A DNA stretch of 64,000 nt, taken from positions 1,550 through 65,549 of the forward strand of contig JAAYSJ010000191.1 of the NCBI GenBank assembly GCA_012518395.1, read 5' to 3'. Shown here in pieces: positions 8,179-18,708 of this stretch (its first letter is position 1; each line of letters opens with the position of its first letter). The translations under genes were made by a program, and so were the position numbers. The DNA comes from Clostridiales bacterium. GTDB lineage: Bacteria > Bacillota > Clostridia > Caldicoprobacterales > UBA3941. The notes under the pieces are model-generated. The model was not told where the DNA came from, searched no databases, and saw only the letters and a list, made by a program, of their open reading frames with translations.

Positions 8179-9468
8179 TTAAAGGTTAAAAGCATCCTCT
8201 ATTTCTGCTATCTCAGCATCATTGATAGCTACTATATCCCCTAGACTGGTTGAATCAATGATAGCTTTAGCGCTATATTCTGCTACTTCCAAGCGATCAA
8301 AGGCATGCAATAGATTATCACCGGTTACAACGATGCAATCATTTTCTATCAGGATGATGGGAACCTTTGAAGAGAATGACCGGGCTGTCATCTCAGGCTG
8401 CATAAAGCTGGAACCGAAAGGCAATTTAGGTATGTTCCGTAGCATAATATAGCTTTCGGGAATAGTTTTTGTTTCAAAATCTTTATCTGTGACGGCAAAA
8501 GCCATTATACTCGGGGGATGGGCAATTATTACCGAATTAACAAAGGGGTGCATATCGTAAATATGCTTGTGCAACATAGCCGAGCGACTGGGATTTTTAC
8601 CTGCTTCTTTCCAACTATGATCTATTCTGACCATATCTCCTGCATCTAAATATTTTCTATCTATTCCATAAGGGGTAATAATAAAAGAATTCTCGCTGAG
8701 CCTTTGGGAGAATGTACCCTGAGTGCTGGTAAAGAGCTGTCGATTATAAGACCTATGTATCAATGTACACATTTCCTTGCGGGCGGCTCTTTCTTGACTA
8801 CTGAATATTTGGGGAATGAATTCGTCCATAATGACATTTTGTTTATTCTTGGACATAGAGATCTGCCTATCAGTCAGGGATATAGGTTTGCCTATCTTTT
8901 GTGCGTTAATTTGTAACCTTGCACAAAAATCCAAGGTTTCAAATGCCATAAAGGTTCTAAAGAGATCACTGCCACCTACTACTACACCATGATTTTCAAG
9001 CATAACTGCACTATAGCCCTTATCAAATTCAGCGGCAATATTCTTGCCTAGTTCGGCACTTCCTGGCACTGCATATTCCGCCATACCTACTGAACCGCTT
9101 ATAATATAAGCTTCTGGAACAATGCGCGTATCAGGAATCTCACGAACAATGCTAAAGGCCACCAGAGCTGGGGGGTGGGCATGAATTATGGCCTTGATAT
9201 CCGGTCTTCTTTGGTAAATTTTTGAGTGAAAAGGCAATTCTACTGAGGGTTTATGAATCCCCACTATGGTTCCATCAGTTTTTACCCTTATAATATCCTG
9301 AGAAGTTAAGGATCCCTTATCTATTCCACTGGGGGTGATCCATATATCCCCGTTATCATCTAAAATGGATAGGTTTCCTCCCGAGGTGGTAGTCATTCCG
9401 TAGGCATATATTCGATCCATCATCTTAACCAACTGATCAGCGGGATGCATAAGTTCAAATCTTAACAT
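8179..9468 (-). CDS. Tandem class II aldolase/adducin-domain protein
   Basis: 429 aa with two aldolase-II-like halves, each carrying the HAHPP-type motif (AIIHAHPPALVAF and VIIAHPPSIMAF). Confidence 0.8.
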   Translation of the reverse strand: MLRFELMHPADQLVKMMDRIYAYGMTTTSGGNLSILDDNGDIWITPSGIDKGSLTSQDIIRVKTDGTIVGIHKPSVELPFHSKIYQRRPDIKAIIHAHPPALVAFSIVREIPDTRIVPEAYIISGSVGMAEYAVPGSAELGKNIAAEFDKGYSAVMLENHGVVVGGSDLFRTFMAFETLDFCARLQINAQKIGKPISLTDRQISMSKNKQNVIMDEFIPQIFSSQERAARKEMCTLIHRSYNRQLFTSTQGTFSQRLSENSFIITPYGIDRKYLDAGDMVRIDHSWKEAGKNPSRSAMLHKHIYDMHPFVNSVIIAHPPSIMAFAVTDKDFETKTIPESYIMLRNIPKLPFGSSFMQPEMTARSFSSKVPIILIENDCIVVTGDNLLHAFDRLEVAEYSAKAIIDSTSLGDIVAINDAEIAEIEDAFNL

Positions 9469-9683
9469 TATTAACTCCCTTTCTTATAAATACTTTGCTT
9501 ATGGAGACAGGTACCATGCCCATATGCCGGAAATCGCCAAAAGCCCATGAAAACAGATAAATTACTCGACTATTCCTTACTATACTCATATGCTGATACC
9601 TATGGGGCTATTATACCATAATAATTTCAATTACGGATATACAATGGTAACATTTTGCATTCGGGTTGGATACCAAGGGATTC

Positions 9684-9785
9684 AAGTAAGGGCACCAATG
9701 GGCTTGCTACGATGAAACCATTTTATGGTTATCACCTGAAAAGCAAGAGTGCCAAAAGGCTTGTCCCGGTGAAACCATTTAATAA
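9684..9785. repeat. Imperfect 45-nt direct repeat (two copies, 57-nt period) in an untranslated region
   Basis: 9684-9728 and 9741-9785 align at 34 of 45 positions by hand (…GCACCAATGGGCTTGCTACGATGAAACCATTTTAT vs …GTGCCAAAAGGCTTGTCCCGGTGAAACCATTTAAT). Confidence 0.6.
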
Positions 9786-9957
9786 CACTTGATACTGTAT
9801 ACACATTATGTTAACATAATCATACAAATATTATCGTGAATATCTGAAATATATTGCATATCAAATTGAATTGAAATACTTTGAATTACTTGCCTTTATT
9901 AAATAGGGGCGAGGTTTTTTATTTTCTTTTGTCATATATGTTGGGGGGGCATCTCAA

Positions 9958-11232
9958 ATGAATGGGGTAAGGCTTTTGGAATTGGAGGCCAAAGGGTGTT
10001 TTTATTTTCTTTGGGAGCATATAAATGATGATATAAATAGCCCGGGTTATGGGTTGATAATGGATTCGACAAAAAGGCCTGGGATTGCTAGTATCGCTTC
10101 GGTGGGGTTTGGACTCAGTGCTATTCCTATTGGGGTAGAAAGGGGCTGGATAAGTCACGGCCAGGGCTTTGAAAGGGCTTTGGGAGTTTTAAAGACCTTT
10201 ATGAATAACGTAGATAATCATCGGGGTTTTTATGCCCATTTTGTTGACATAAAGACAGGAAAAAGAATTGATAATTGTGAATATTCCACTATTGATACGG
10301 CTATCTTGATTAATGGCGCTATTACTGTCGGTGAATATTTTGGCGGAAGTATCAAGGCGCTGGCTGAGGAAATATTTAAAAGAACAGACTGGGATTTTAT
10401 AATAGATAAAGAAAACAAGTGGTTCTTTATGCACTATTGGCCGGAAATTTACCCTGCCGGACACTCGGGGCTGGGCAGCCAATGGGACTACTATGCAGAG
10501 CAGCTCATGATGTACATTTTGGCCGCTGGCTCACCGATATCCAAATCAGGTCCGGAGCTTTATTACAATATGGGCAAGCTGACAGGGGAATATCAGGGTG
10601 AACTATACATTAGAGGATGGTATAATTCCCTTTTTATTCACCAATTTTCCCACGCCTGGTTTGATGCGGCGGAATATGTGGATAGGGACGGGATCAATTG
10701 GTTTAAAAATTCTGTAAAGGCGACTTTGGCCAACAGACAGTATTGCATCGATAATCCAGAAGGGTTTAAGACGTATCATGCCAATGCATGGGGGCTTACA
10801 GCATGCGCAGGACCTAAGGGCTATTGTGGTAGATATGGTACATTGCCTTCGGGAATAATAAAAGATGTAAATGAGAATGATGGTACGGTTCCCCTATGCG
10901 GGCCGGCTGGGTCGATACCCTTTACTCCAGGAGAATCCATGGAGGCACTCCTATACACTTATAGGACTTATCCCCAGCTATGGGGTGATTATGGTTTTTA
11001 TGATTCCTATAACTTAGACGGACAAAAACCCTGGTTCTCCAGGGAATATATTGGTATTAATAAAGGCATTTCTCTTTTAATGATAGAAAACTATTTTACA
11101 GGCTTGATTTGGGATCTATATATGAAAAACAAATTTGTAAAAGATGGATTAGAATCTTTGATGTTCCGCAAAACTAAGAATACTAAGGGGCAGATCACCC
11201 GCCCCGTCTACGCTTCTTTGCAAACAGCTTGA
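9958..11232 (+). CDS. Glucoamylase-like (alpha/alpha)6-barrel glycoside hydrolase (beta-1,2-glucanase/GH144-like family, tentative)
   Basis: 424 aa. YGLIMDSTKRPGIASIASVGFGLSAI, YSTIDTAILINGAITVGEYF and YGFYDSYN blocks match what I recall of the 'Glycoamylase' domain family. No signal peptide. Confidence 0.6.
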   Translation: MNGVRLLELEAKGCFYFLWEHINDDINSPGYGLIMDSTKRPGIASIASVGFGLSAIPIGVERGWISHGQGFERALGVLKTFMNNVDNHRGFYAHFVDIKTGKRIDNCEYSTIDTAILINGAITVGEYFGGSIKALAEEIFKRTDWDFIIDKENKWFFMHYWPEIYPAGHSGLGSQWDYYAEQLMMYILAAGSPISKSGPELYYNMGKLTGEYQGELYIRGWYNSLFIHQFSHAWFDAAEYVDRDGINWFKNSVKATLANRQYCIDNPEGFKTYHANAWGLTACAGPKGYCGRYGTLPSGIIKDVNENDGTVPLCGPAGSIPFTPGESMEALLYTYRTYPQLWGDYGFYDSYNLDGQKPWFSREYIGINKGISLLMIENYFTGLIWDLYMKNKFVKDGLESLMFRKTKNTKGQITRPVYASLQTA

Positions 11233-11468
11233 CTACCTTATCTTGCCATTCCTAATTCCCAACGTCTAACTTCTGACATCTAATACGTAAAAACCTGTTT
11301 ATAATACACCTTATGGTTTATTTTGAATAATATGGATAGCCTATAATGGAAATAAATCCTGATTAAGAAGCAAATATTACAAAACACATGGAATTCCTAT
11401 AAGGATATGGTAAAATATAATGATAAGATATTTTATCCAATAGTTTAGACTACAATAAGGAGAAAAAC

Positions 11469-12665
11469 ATGAAGCGAGTTATAGTTCTAGTGATGGACAG
11501 TGTCGGGATTGGTGAATTGCCCGATGCTGGCCGCTACGGTGACGAAGGGAGCAATACTTTGGGTAATATCGCAGCGGCAATTGATGGCTTTAGACTCCCT
11601 AATCTGGAGAAGCTCGGCCTTGGCAATATAGACAGTATTGAAGGGTTTGAACAATGCCACAGCCCGGTGGGATCCTTTGGAAGGATGGCGGAAATGTCCC
11701 CCGGAAAAGACACAACTACAGGCCATTGGGAGATGATGGGCGTTATTCTTTCCAGCCCTTTCCCTACATACCCAAATGGTTTTCCAAAGGAAATAATTGA
11801 TAAATTTGAAGAAACCATAGGTACCGGCACCTTAGGCAATATTGCGGCTTCGGGAACCGAGATAATCAAAGGCCTGGGAAAAGAGCATATGGAGACTGGT
11901 TATCCTATAGTCTATACGTCTGCGGACAGTGTATTTCAGATAGCAGCCCATGAGGATGTAATACCAGTAGAGAGGCTCTATGAAATTTGTGAATCAGCCA
12001 GGGGGATACTGATCGGTGACGATGCTGTGAGCAGGGTCATAGCTAGACCCTTTATCGGGGAGCCTGGGAATTTTACAAGAACAGAAAGGCGACGGGATTT
12101 TTCTTTGGCGCCAATACATAAAACAGTATTAGATAATGCTAAAGAGCAGGGCTTTGAGGTAAAAGGGGTAGGTAAGATTTGGGATATCTTTACCGGGCGG
12201 GGTATATCAGATTCGGTACATACACATGACAATATGGATGGGGTAGATAAAACAATCGAATTTATGAAGCAAGATTTCGAAGGCATAATTTTTACCAATT
12301 TAATAGATTTTGATATGATTTACGGTCATAGAAATGATGCAAGGGGATACGCCAAGGCTCTTACTATGCTGGATAGCAGGATTCCCGAGATCATTACAGC
12401 CCTAAAGGATGAAGATATGCTTATAATTACAGCCGATCATGGTTGTGATCCTACTACCGCAAGCACCGACCATTCCAGAGAATATGTTCCACTTTTAGTA
12501 TATGGCAGGAACTTAGAACAGGGTATAAATCTTGGAACAAGGAAAACCTTTGCAGATATCGGGGCAAGCATTTCCGAATACTTAAAAATACAGAAGAGGG
12601 CAAAGGGCACGAGCTTTATCCAGGAGGTAACGAAAAATAATACCCGGAAGGAGGGTGCGATGTGA
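11469..12665 (+). CDS. deoB: Phosphopentomutase
   Basis: [20 protein letters not shown]..., TADHGCDPT and overall DeoB length and architecture. RBS AAGGAG. Confidence 0.92.
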   Translation: MKRVIVLVMDSVGIGELPDAGRYGDEGSNTLGNIAAAIDGFRLPNLEKLGLGNIDSIEGFEQCHSPVGSFGRMAEMSPGKDTTTGHWEMMGVILSSPFPTYPNGFPKEIIDKFEETIGTGTLGNIAASGTEIIKGLGKEHMETGYPIVYTSADSVFQIAAHEDVIPVERLYEICESARGILIGDDAVSRVIARPFIGEPGNFTRTERRRDFSLAPIHKTVLDNAKEQGFEVKGVGKIWDIFTGRGISDSVHTHDNMDGVDKTIEFMKQDFEGIIFTNLIDFDMIYGHRNDARGYAKALTMLDSRIPEIITALKDEDMLIITADHGCDPTTASTDHSREYVPLLVYGRNLEQGINLGTRKTFADIGASISEYLKIQKRAKGTSFIQEVTKNNTRKEGAM

Positions 12666-13747
12666 AAAGGACACCGCTTTATGAATCTCATATCGCTTTG
12701 GGCGGAAAGATAATCGACTTTGGGGGATGGGCTTTGCCTGTTCAATATACCGGAATAATAAATGAGCATCGGGCAGTCCGAACTGCTGCAGGACTTTTTG
12801 ATGTTTCCCATATGGGAGAAATCCTTATAGAAGGCAATGGGGCGGGGGAGTACATACAAAAGATGATAACCAACGATATCTTAAAGGTAGCCATGGGTAG
12901 AGCAGTATACTCGCCTATGTGCTATGAGAACGGGGGGACGGTGGACGATCTTCTAATATATAAGCTGGAAGAAAAAAAATATCTATTAGTAGTGAATGCG
13001 GCTAATATCGAAAAGGATCTTGATTGGTTAAAGGATCATTGTGAGGATAATAATGTATCCATAACTGATCTGTCCCATAAATATGGACTGTTGGCCATCC
13101 AAGGACCAGCAAGCCAGGAGATATTACAAAGGTTAAGCGCCACATCTTTAGATGATATAAGATTTTTTAGGTTCCTCACAGATATTGAAATCGGGGGGGT
13201 CAAGGCAATAGTATCACGGACGGGGTATACGGGGGAAGATGGTTTTGAAATATATATTCCAGCTGACAAGGCAATCGGATTATGGGATAGACTATTGGAT
13301 ATAGGCGCAGATAAAGGCCTTATTCCGGCGGGATTAGGAGCCAGGGATACCCTCAGGTTTGAAGTAGCCCTGCCCTTGTACGGTCATGAGCTATCCCCAG
13401 AAATATCACCTTTGGAGGCCGGGCTGGATAGATTTGTAAAACTTCACAAAGCAGGTTTTGTAGGCAGGGACTCCCTCTTAAAGCAAGCTGAATCGGGTTC
13501 GTATAGAAGGCTCATAGGCCTGGAAATGGTGGATAGAGGTATCCCAAGGGCAGGGTATAAGGTCTTTGCCGGTGATAGGGAGGCAGGCTTTATAACAAGC
13601 GGGGGTATGGCACCAACTCTGGGGAAAAATCTAGGTTTGGCACTGATAGATAAGGAAAGTGCCCAAGGGTCGGAAGAGTTTTTTGTCCAGATGCGGGGCA
13701 AACTTCTGAGGGCAAAAATTGTTGATACGCCATTTTACGTTAAATAG
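12662..13747 (+). CDS. gcvT: Glycine cleavage system T protein (aminomethyltransferase)
   Basis: [29 protein letters not shown]...FDVSHMGE. The GTG start overlaps the deoB stop (ATGTGA) and is preceded by GGAAGGAGGG. Confidence 0.95.
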   Translation: MKRTPLYESHIALGGKIIDFGGWALPVQYTGIINEHRAVRTAAGLFDVSHMGEILIEGNGAGEYIQKMITNDILKVAMGRAVYSPMCYENGGTVDDLLIYKLEEKKYLLVVNAANIEKDLDWLKDHCEDNNVSITDLSHKYGLLAIQGPASQEILQRLSATSLDDIRFFRFLTDIEIGGVKAIVSRTGYTGEDGFEIYIPADKAIGLWDRLLDIGADKGLIPAGLGARDTLRFEVALPLYGHELSPEISPLEAGLDRFVKLHKAGFVGRDSLLKQAESGSYRRLIGLEMVDRGIPRAGYKVFAGDREAGFITSGGMAPTLGKNLGLALIDKESAQGSEEFFVQMRGKLLRAKIVDTPFYVK

Positions 13748-13843
13748 TATAATAGACAGGTTTAGATTTTAATTATAAAAGCAGTTTTTGTAGTTTAATT
13801 ATAAATAATTTTAATAAAAATACAGATTAGGGAGGAAAAGAAT

Positions 13844-14227
13844 ATGAAGGTAATAGAGGATTTAAAATATGCTAAAGGGCATGAATGGGTAAAAGTCGAG
13901 GGTAACAGGGCATACATAGGCATCACAGATTTTGCCCAAGATGAGCTGGGGGATATTGTCTTTGTTGAATTGCCTGATGTAGGAACCAATCTGGATGCAG
14001 ATGATATTCTTGGTACCATCGAGTCGGTAAAAGCCGCATCAGACATCTATGCTCCTGTTTCAGGTACAATAGTAGAGGTAAACTCTGAGCTGGAAGAAAG
14101 TCCGGAACTCATTAACGAAGACCCCTATGAAGCGTGGGTCGCTGTAATTGAAATGGCTGATGGTAGCGAAGTAGCTAATCTTATGGATGGGGCGGAGTAT
14201 GAAAAATTCTGCAAAGAGGAGGCTTAA
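13844..14227 (+). CDS. gcvH: Glycine cleavage system H protein
   Basis: 127 aa. YAKGHEWV and the lipoyl-lysine motif ESVKAASD. Confidence 0.95.
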   Translation: MKVIEDLKYAKGHEWVKVEGNRAYIGITDFAQDELGDIVFVELPDVGTNLDADDILGTIESVKAASDIYAPVSGTIVEVNSELEESPELINEDPYEAWVAVIEMADGSEVANLMDGAEYEKFCKEEA

Positions 14228-14229
14228 AT

Positions 14230-15579
14230 ATGTCTAATTACATCCCCAATACAGAGGATGTGAAGAAAAACATGCTGGCTGAGATAGGTTATTCTTCTAT
14301 AGAGGAATTGTTTGTGGATATCCCTGATAGGGTAAGACTGGAAAGAAAACTCAACATCAAGGGGCCTATGGCAGAGATGGATTTGATGCGCTATATGAAG
14401 GGATTGGCTTCTTCCAACAAACATGGGGGGGAGTACACCTGCTTTTTAGGGGCAGGTGCTTACGATCATTATATTCCTTCCGCCTTGGGGCACATTATTT
14501 CGAGAACAGAGTTTTATACCTCCTATACCCCTTATCAGCCAGAAATCAGTCAAGGCACTCTACAAGCTATATTCGAATACCAGACAATGATATGTGAACT
14601 AACGGGTATGGATACGGCAAATGCTTCTATGTACGATGGTGCAACTGCAGTAGCTGAGGCTATCCTAATGGCTTGCCAGGCAACCAGACGGGAAAAGGTC
14701 TTGGTAGCAGGCAGTCTAAACCCCGAGTATAAGCAGGTGTCCTATACCTATGCAAGACCCCAAGGGGTTTCTGTCACAGAGCTAGGGTATAAGGATGGAT
14801 CCGTAGATTTAAATACCTTGGAACAATCTATAGATAACGAAACGGCTGCAGTGGTCATTCAGACCCCAAATTTCTTTGGGGTTATTGAAGACTTAGAATC
14901 CATAGCGGGGATTGCTCATCAAAATAAGGCACTTCTTATAGTAAGTGTTGATCCCATTTCCCTTGCCCTGCTGAAGCCGCCCGGTGAGCTGGGGGCAGAT
15001 ATAGTTGTAGGGGAAGGTCAGGCCCTGGGTAACCCCCTGAATTTTGGGGGACCCTATGTAGGGTTCTTTGCTACGACAAAGAAACTTATGCGGAGAATGC
15101 CGGGACGGATAGTGGGAGAGACCACAGACAATGTGGGCAACAGAGGTTTTGTATTGACCCTGCAGACCAGGGAGCAACATATACGCAGGGAAAAGGCCAC
15201 ATCCAATATATGCACCAATCAGGCGTTAAACGCCCTGGCTGTTACTGTTTATTTATCCCTAATGGGCAGGGAGGGGTTGGGGGAGGTAGCAGAGCAATCC
15301 CTGCAAAAAGCCCACTATCTTCACGATAAATTGATAGATACAGGTCTGTTTACCCCTGTATTTAAGGCACCCTTTTTTAAGGAGTTCGCCCTCAAAACCA
15401 CTATTTCTATTGAAAAGCTAAATTCCCGACTGTTGGAGAAAGGAATAATCGGTGGATATCCGTTGGAAAAAGCCTACCCCGATCTTAAAGGCGGGTGGCT
15501 GTTGGCAGTGACAGAAAAACGTACCCGACAGGAAATGGATGCCCTGGTGGAAACCATAGGAGGGATAGCCAATGAATAG
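14230..15579 (+). CDS. gcvPA: Glycine dehydrogenase (decarboxylating) subunit 1
   Basis: The [29 protein letters not shown] block. Starts 2 nt after the gcvH stop. Confidence 0.95.
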   Translation: MSNYIPNTEDVKKNMLAEIGYSSIEELFVDIPDRVRLERKLNIKGPMAEMDLMRYMKGLASSNKHGGEYTCFLGAGAYDHYIPSALGHIISRTEFYTSYTPYQPEISQGTLQAIFEYQTMICELTGMDTANASMYDGATAVAEAILMACQATRREKVLVAGSLNPEYKQVSYTYARPQGVSVTELGYKDGSVDLNTLEQSIDNETAAVVIQTPNFFGVIEDLESIAGIAHQNKALLIVSVDPISLALLKPPGELGADIVVGEGQALGNPLNFGGPYVGFFATTKKLMRRMPGRIVGETTDNVGNRGFVLTLQTREQHIRREKATSNICTNQALNALAVTVYLSLMGREGLGEVAEQSLQKAHYLHDKLIDTGLFTPVFKAPFFKEFALKTTISIEKLNSRLLEKGIIGGYPLEKAYPDLKGGWLLAVTEKRTRQEMDALVETIGGIANE

Positions 15580-17023
15580 GAAACTTATATTTGAAATTAG
15601 CGGTGAGGGGAAGAAAGGATATTCCTTGCCCCCGCTGGATATTGAAGAAAAGGGAATAGAGGATTTAATCCCAACCAATATGCTCAGGGACATAAAGCCT
15701 AACCTGCCTGAGGTCAGCGAGGCAGAAGTCGTGCGCCATTATACCGTTATGTCCAGGTTAAACCATGCGGTGGATGTAGGATTCTATCCCCTTGGATCTT
15801 GTACTATGAAGTACAATCCAAAGATCAATGAGGATATAGCCAGGCTGGAGGGTTTCACATCGGTACATCCTTATCAACCCGAAGAAACGATCCAAGGGAG
15901 TTTAGCTGTATTATATGAATTAAATCAGATGCTTTGTGAGATCACAGGCATGGATCAGATTACCTTTCAGCCGGCTGCCGGGGCTCACGGGGAACTGACC
16001 GGCATGCTAATAATCAAAGCTTACCATGATAATAATGGGGGAGAGGATCGAAATAAAATATTTATACCCGATAGTGCCCACGGAACAAATCCTTCCTCTG
16101 CAAATATGGCAGGTTTTGATGTAGTGGAGGTTCCTTCTAATAGTCGCGGCGGGGTGGATATTCAGGCTCTAAGGGAAATGGCCGGGTCGGATACTGCAGG
16201 GCTTATGCTAACCAACCCTAATACCTTGGGGTTATTTGAAGAAGATATAATAGAGATAGCAGAGATTATCCATGATGCAGGCGGGCTTTTGTATTTTGAT
16301 GGGGCTAATTCAAACGCTATATTAGGGATTACCCGCCCCGGGGATATGGGCTTTGATGTAGTTCATCTAAACCTTCACAAGACCTTTGGCACCCCCCATG
16401 GGGGAGGCGGACCGGGGGCAGGACCTGTGGGGGTAAAGAAAGAATTAGTGTCCTATTTACCCTGTCCCTTAGTTGGGTTTGACGGTGAAAAATATTATTT
16501 GGATTACGATTGTCCCCATTCTATAGGCAGGATCAGATCCTTTTACGGTAATTTTGGGGCGGTGCTCAGAGCATATGCCTATATACTGACCATGGGAGCT
16601 GAAGGTCTTCTTAATGTATCGGAAACTGCAGTATTAAACGCCAATTATATGATGGAAAAGCTGAAGCCCTGGTACGATATAAGCTATGATCGTATCTGTA
16701 TGCACGAATTTGTTTTATCTGCCCAAAGACAGAAAAAACAGGGTGTATCGGCAATGGATATATCCAAGAGGCTAATCGACTTTGGGTTTCATCCCCCTAC
16801 AACCTATTTTCCCCTTATAGTGAAGGAAGCTTTGATGATTGAGCCTACGGAGACGGAGAGCCGGGAGACTTTAGACGCCTTTATAGATGCCATGATCCAG
16901 ATCGCTAAGGAAGCGAAAGAAGATCCGGAAAAGGCGCATACCGCACCCCATATTGCCCCTATAGGCAGGCTGGATGAGACAAAGGCTGCCCGAAACCCCA
17001 GGCTTCGGTGGTCGCCAAACTAA
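15572..17023 (+). CDS. gcvPB: Glycine dehydrogenase (decarboxylating) subunit 2
   Basis: [21 protein letters not shown]-lysine block. Overlaps gcvPA by 8 nt. Confidence 0.95.
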   Translation: MNRKLIFEISGEGKKGYSLPPLDIEEKGIEDLIPTNMLRDIKPNLPEVSEAEVVRHYTVMSRLNHAVDVGFYPLGSCTMKYNPKINEDIARLEGFTSVHPYQPEETIQGSLAVLYELNQMLCEITGMDQITFQPAAGAHGELTGMLIIKAYHDNNGGEDRNKIFIPDSAHGTNPSSANMAGFDVVEVPSNSRGGVDIQALREMAGSDTAGLMLTNPNTLGLFEEDIIEIAEIIHDAGGLLYFDGANSNAILGITRPGDMGFDVVHLNLHKTFGTPHGGGGPGAGPVGVKKELVSYLPCPLVGFDGEKYYLDYDCPHSIGRIRSFYGNFGAVLRAYAYILTMGAEGLLNVSETAVLNANYMMEKLKPWYDISYDRICMHEFVLSAQRQKKQGVSAMDISKRLIDFGFHPPTTYFPLIVKEALMIEPTETESRETLDAFIDAMIQIAKEAKEDPEKAHTAPHIAPIGRLDETKAARNPRLRWSPN

Positions 17024-17081
17024 AGTTATTAGCATAAAAGACGCAGTGGGTGAAATAATAGGGGAAAAGGAGGATTGGCCT

Positions 17082-17339
17082 ATGAAGCATATAGCCGTGC
17101 AGGAAGGGCTCACGCCTGTTATAGACCATCTAAGGGATTCAGGGTATAAGGTCAGTGAGTTTACTGCCAGGCAAAAAGCCAGCAAGGATTTTTTGGATGG
17201 TTTCGATGCGGTGGTATTAACAGGAATAGACGACAATGTCATGGGCGTTCAAACTACGAATAATAACAGACCCTTTATAGAAGCTAAAGGGATGACCCCC
17301 GAGGATATTAAAACCGCTATCGAAAAACGAGTCCAATAA
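17082..17339 (+). CDS. YkuS-family small protein (UPF0180)
   Basis: MKHIAVQEGLTPVIDHLRDSGYKV... preceded by AAAGGAGG. The track ORF start at 16974 would overlap gcvPB and has no RBS. Confidence 0.75.
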   Translation: MKHIAVQEGLTPVIDHLRDSGYKVSEFTARQKASKDFLDGFDAVVLTGIDDNVMGVQTTNNNRPFIEAKGMTPEDIKTAIEKRVQ

Positions 17340-17380
17340 GAGATCGGTAGAAGACTAATAAGAGGCTAAGAAGAATCCGA

Positions 17381-17408
17381 CAAAAGACCTTTGAAACAAG
17401 GTCTTTTG
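17381..17408 (+). terminator. Hairpin terminator after the ykuS-like gene
   Basis: CAAAAGACCTT / AAGGTCTTTTG 11-bp stem with a 6-nt loop. The U-rich stretch lies within the 3' arm. Confidence 0.55.
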
Positions 17409-17472
17409 TATACTAAAAAGGGTGGGTTATAACCCGAGGGCTTCGGGGGTCGAAATTAAAGTGGGGTAGCTT

Positions 17473-18198
17473 ATGAAGAAACCAAAATTTAAGGAAACGG
17501 ATTTATATAGTCCTATATACGAATATCTAACATCCAACGGATATACTGTTCGGGGTGAAGTAAGGGATTGTGATATCGCTGCAATAAAGGGCGAAGATCT
17601 GGTAATAATTGAACTTAAAAAGAATTTTACTGTTGAGTTGCTGGCTCAAGCGACTGACAGACAAAAGATAACCAGCGGGGTTTATGTGGCACTGCCCAGG
17701 CCAAAGAACTATTATGGCTCAACAAAGTGGAAAGGTATAAGGAGGATACTGAGACAGCTGGAGATAGGTTTAATCTTTATAAGCCTAAGCCCGTCTAATC
17801 CATATGTTGAAGTTATATTTCACCCCGACCCATACAGAAATAAGAAAACCGTTAAAGCAAAGACAGGGATTATTAGAGAAATAGAAGGTCGATACAAGGA
17901 CTCTAATAAAGGTGGCAGTAGCCGAAAAAAGATAATGACCGCCTATAGGGAAAATGCATTGTTTATTGCCTGTTGTCTGGAAGATCTAGGGGTAGTTTCT
18001 GCTGCCGAATTAAGGAAGTTAGGTACAGGGGATAAGACCCATTCAATACTCTATAATAATTTTTATGATTGGTTTCACAGGGTTTCCCATGGAAAGTATG
18101 CCCTTAGCCATAAGGGAAGGCAGGCATTGGAAGAGCATTCCCAAATTGCTGATTATTATAGGGGAGAGCTGGTAAAGAGGATGGAAAAACAGGAATAA
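17473..18198 (+). CDS. Hypothetical protein with PD-(D/E)XK nuclease-like N-terminal core and helical (wHTH-like) C-terminus
   Basis: 241 aa. GEVRDCDIAAIKGEDLVIIELKKNF...LAQATDRQ fits the D...ExK...Q restriction-endonuclease-fold pattern. No family name recognised with certainty. Confidence 0.6.
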   Translation: MKKPKFKETDLYSPIYEYLTSNGYTVRGEVRDCDIAAIKGEDLVIIELKKNFTVELLAQATDRQKITSGVYVALPRPKNYYGSTKWKGIRRILRQLEIGLIFISLSPSNPYVEVIFHPDPYRNKKTVKAKTGIIREIEGRYKDSNKGGSSRKKIMTAYRENALFIACCLEDLGVVSAAELRKLGTGDKTHSILYNNFYDWFHRVSHGKYALSHKGRQALEEHSQIADYYRGELVKRMEKQE

Positions 18199-18206
18199 AA
18201 AATTAT

Positions 18207-18280
18207 GGGACAGGCCTTACCGGAAACGGCGACCCCACTATAACGGTCCCCTAATGCCCGGCTTGGGCTGTCCCTTTTTT
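18207..18280 (+). terminator. Long imperfect hairpin plus T6 terminator
   Basis: GGGACAG (18207-18213) pairs with CTGTCCC (18268-18274), with further internal pairing (CC/GG, CCGG/CCGG). TTTTTT follows at 18275-18280. Confidence 0.6.
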
Positions 18281-18320
18281 GAGCTAGTTGAATACTGAAC
18301 CTTTTAAATTCAAGCTGGGG

Positions 18321-18536
18321 TTATTCTACTGCAATCTCTGCTTTGTTGCCCCATAGTCCGTGGATATTGCAATAACTAAGTGCGTAGATAGTACCGCTTT
18401 TCGGGATTTTTACGACAGCTGCACCATGATAATCTGTGAATACATCGCTTTCACCATGGGCACCGAAATCGAATGAGGCCAACTCAATGGGGAACTTTTT
18501 TGAATAAAGCCTTTAAAAACATCCATTAGTTTTTTG
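18321..18536 (-). pseudogene. Superoxide reductase (desulfoferrodoxin/neelaredoxin) C-terminal remnant
   Basis: Minus-strand frame 18522->18321 reads RLYSKKFPIELASFDFGAHGESDVFTDYHGAAVVKIPKSGTIYALSYCNIHGLWGNKAEIAVE*, ending with the SOR Cys/His ligand motif YCNIHGLW. It has no start codon. An ATG with an RBS at 18536 is in another frame (MDVFKGFIQKS...). The N-terminal His ligands are absent. Confidence 0.5.
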
Positions 18537-18584
18537 CCCCCTTAAAATAATTTTTGAATCACGAAAACGGAACAGTCTGCCAAT

Positions 18585-18614
18585 TTGACAAAATCAGATT
18601 CCCTTAATTATATA
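18585..18614 (+). promoter_or_regulatory. Candidate sigma-A promoter TTGACA-N18-TATATA
   Basis: Perfect -35 at 18585-18590 and TATATA at 18609-18614. There is no gene directly downstream for ~250 nt. Confidence 0.45.
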
Positions 18615-18708
18615 TATACCCACTATTGCAGATTTGAACCGTAAGTATGGCCAAAAACCATAAAACCTTGACTGGATATTGTGTTCGGGCTATGATGGGT
18701 AGGATAAG

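Noticed and set aside
9808-9817. Perfect 10-bp palindrome ATGTTAACAT upstream of the glucoamylase-like gene as an operator
   Set aside because: It is a single short palindrome in AT-rich DNA with no second copy in the window, so there is not enough support to call.
16974-17081. N-terminal extension of the ykuS-like ORF overlapping gcvPB
   Set aside because: It has no RBS. The homologous YkuS sequence begins at MKHIAVQEG (17082), which has a strong AAAGGAGG.
18505-18512. Programmed -1 frameshift on the A-run joining the ATG frame to the SOR frame
   Set aside because: The zero-frame codons are CAA AAA AGT, not the canonical A AAA AAG tandem-slippage arrangement. The product would also lack the SOR N-terminal His ligands. 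Decay is more parsimonious.
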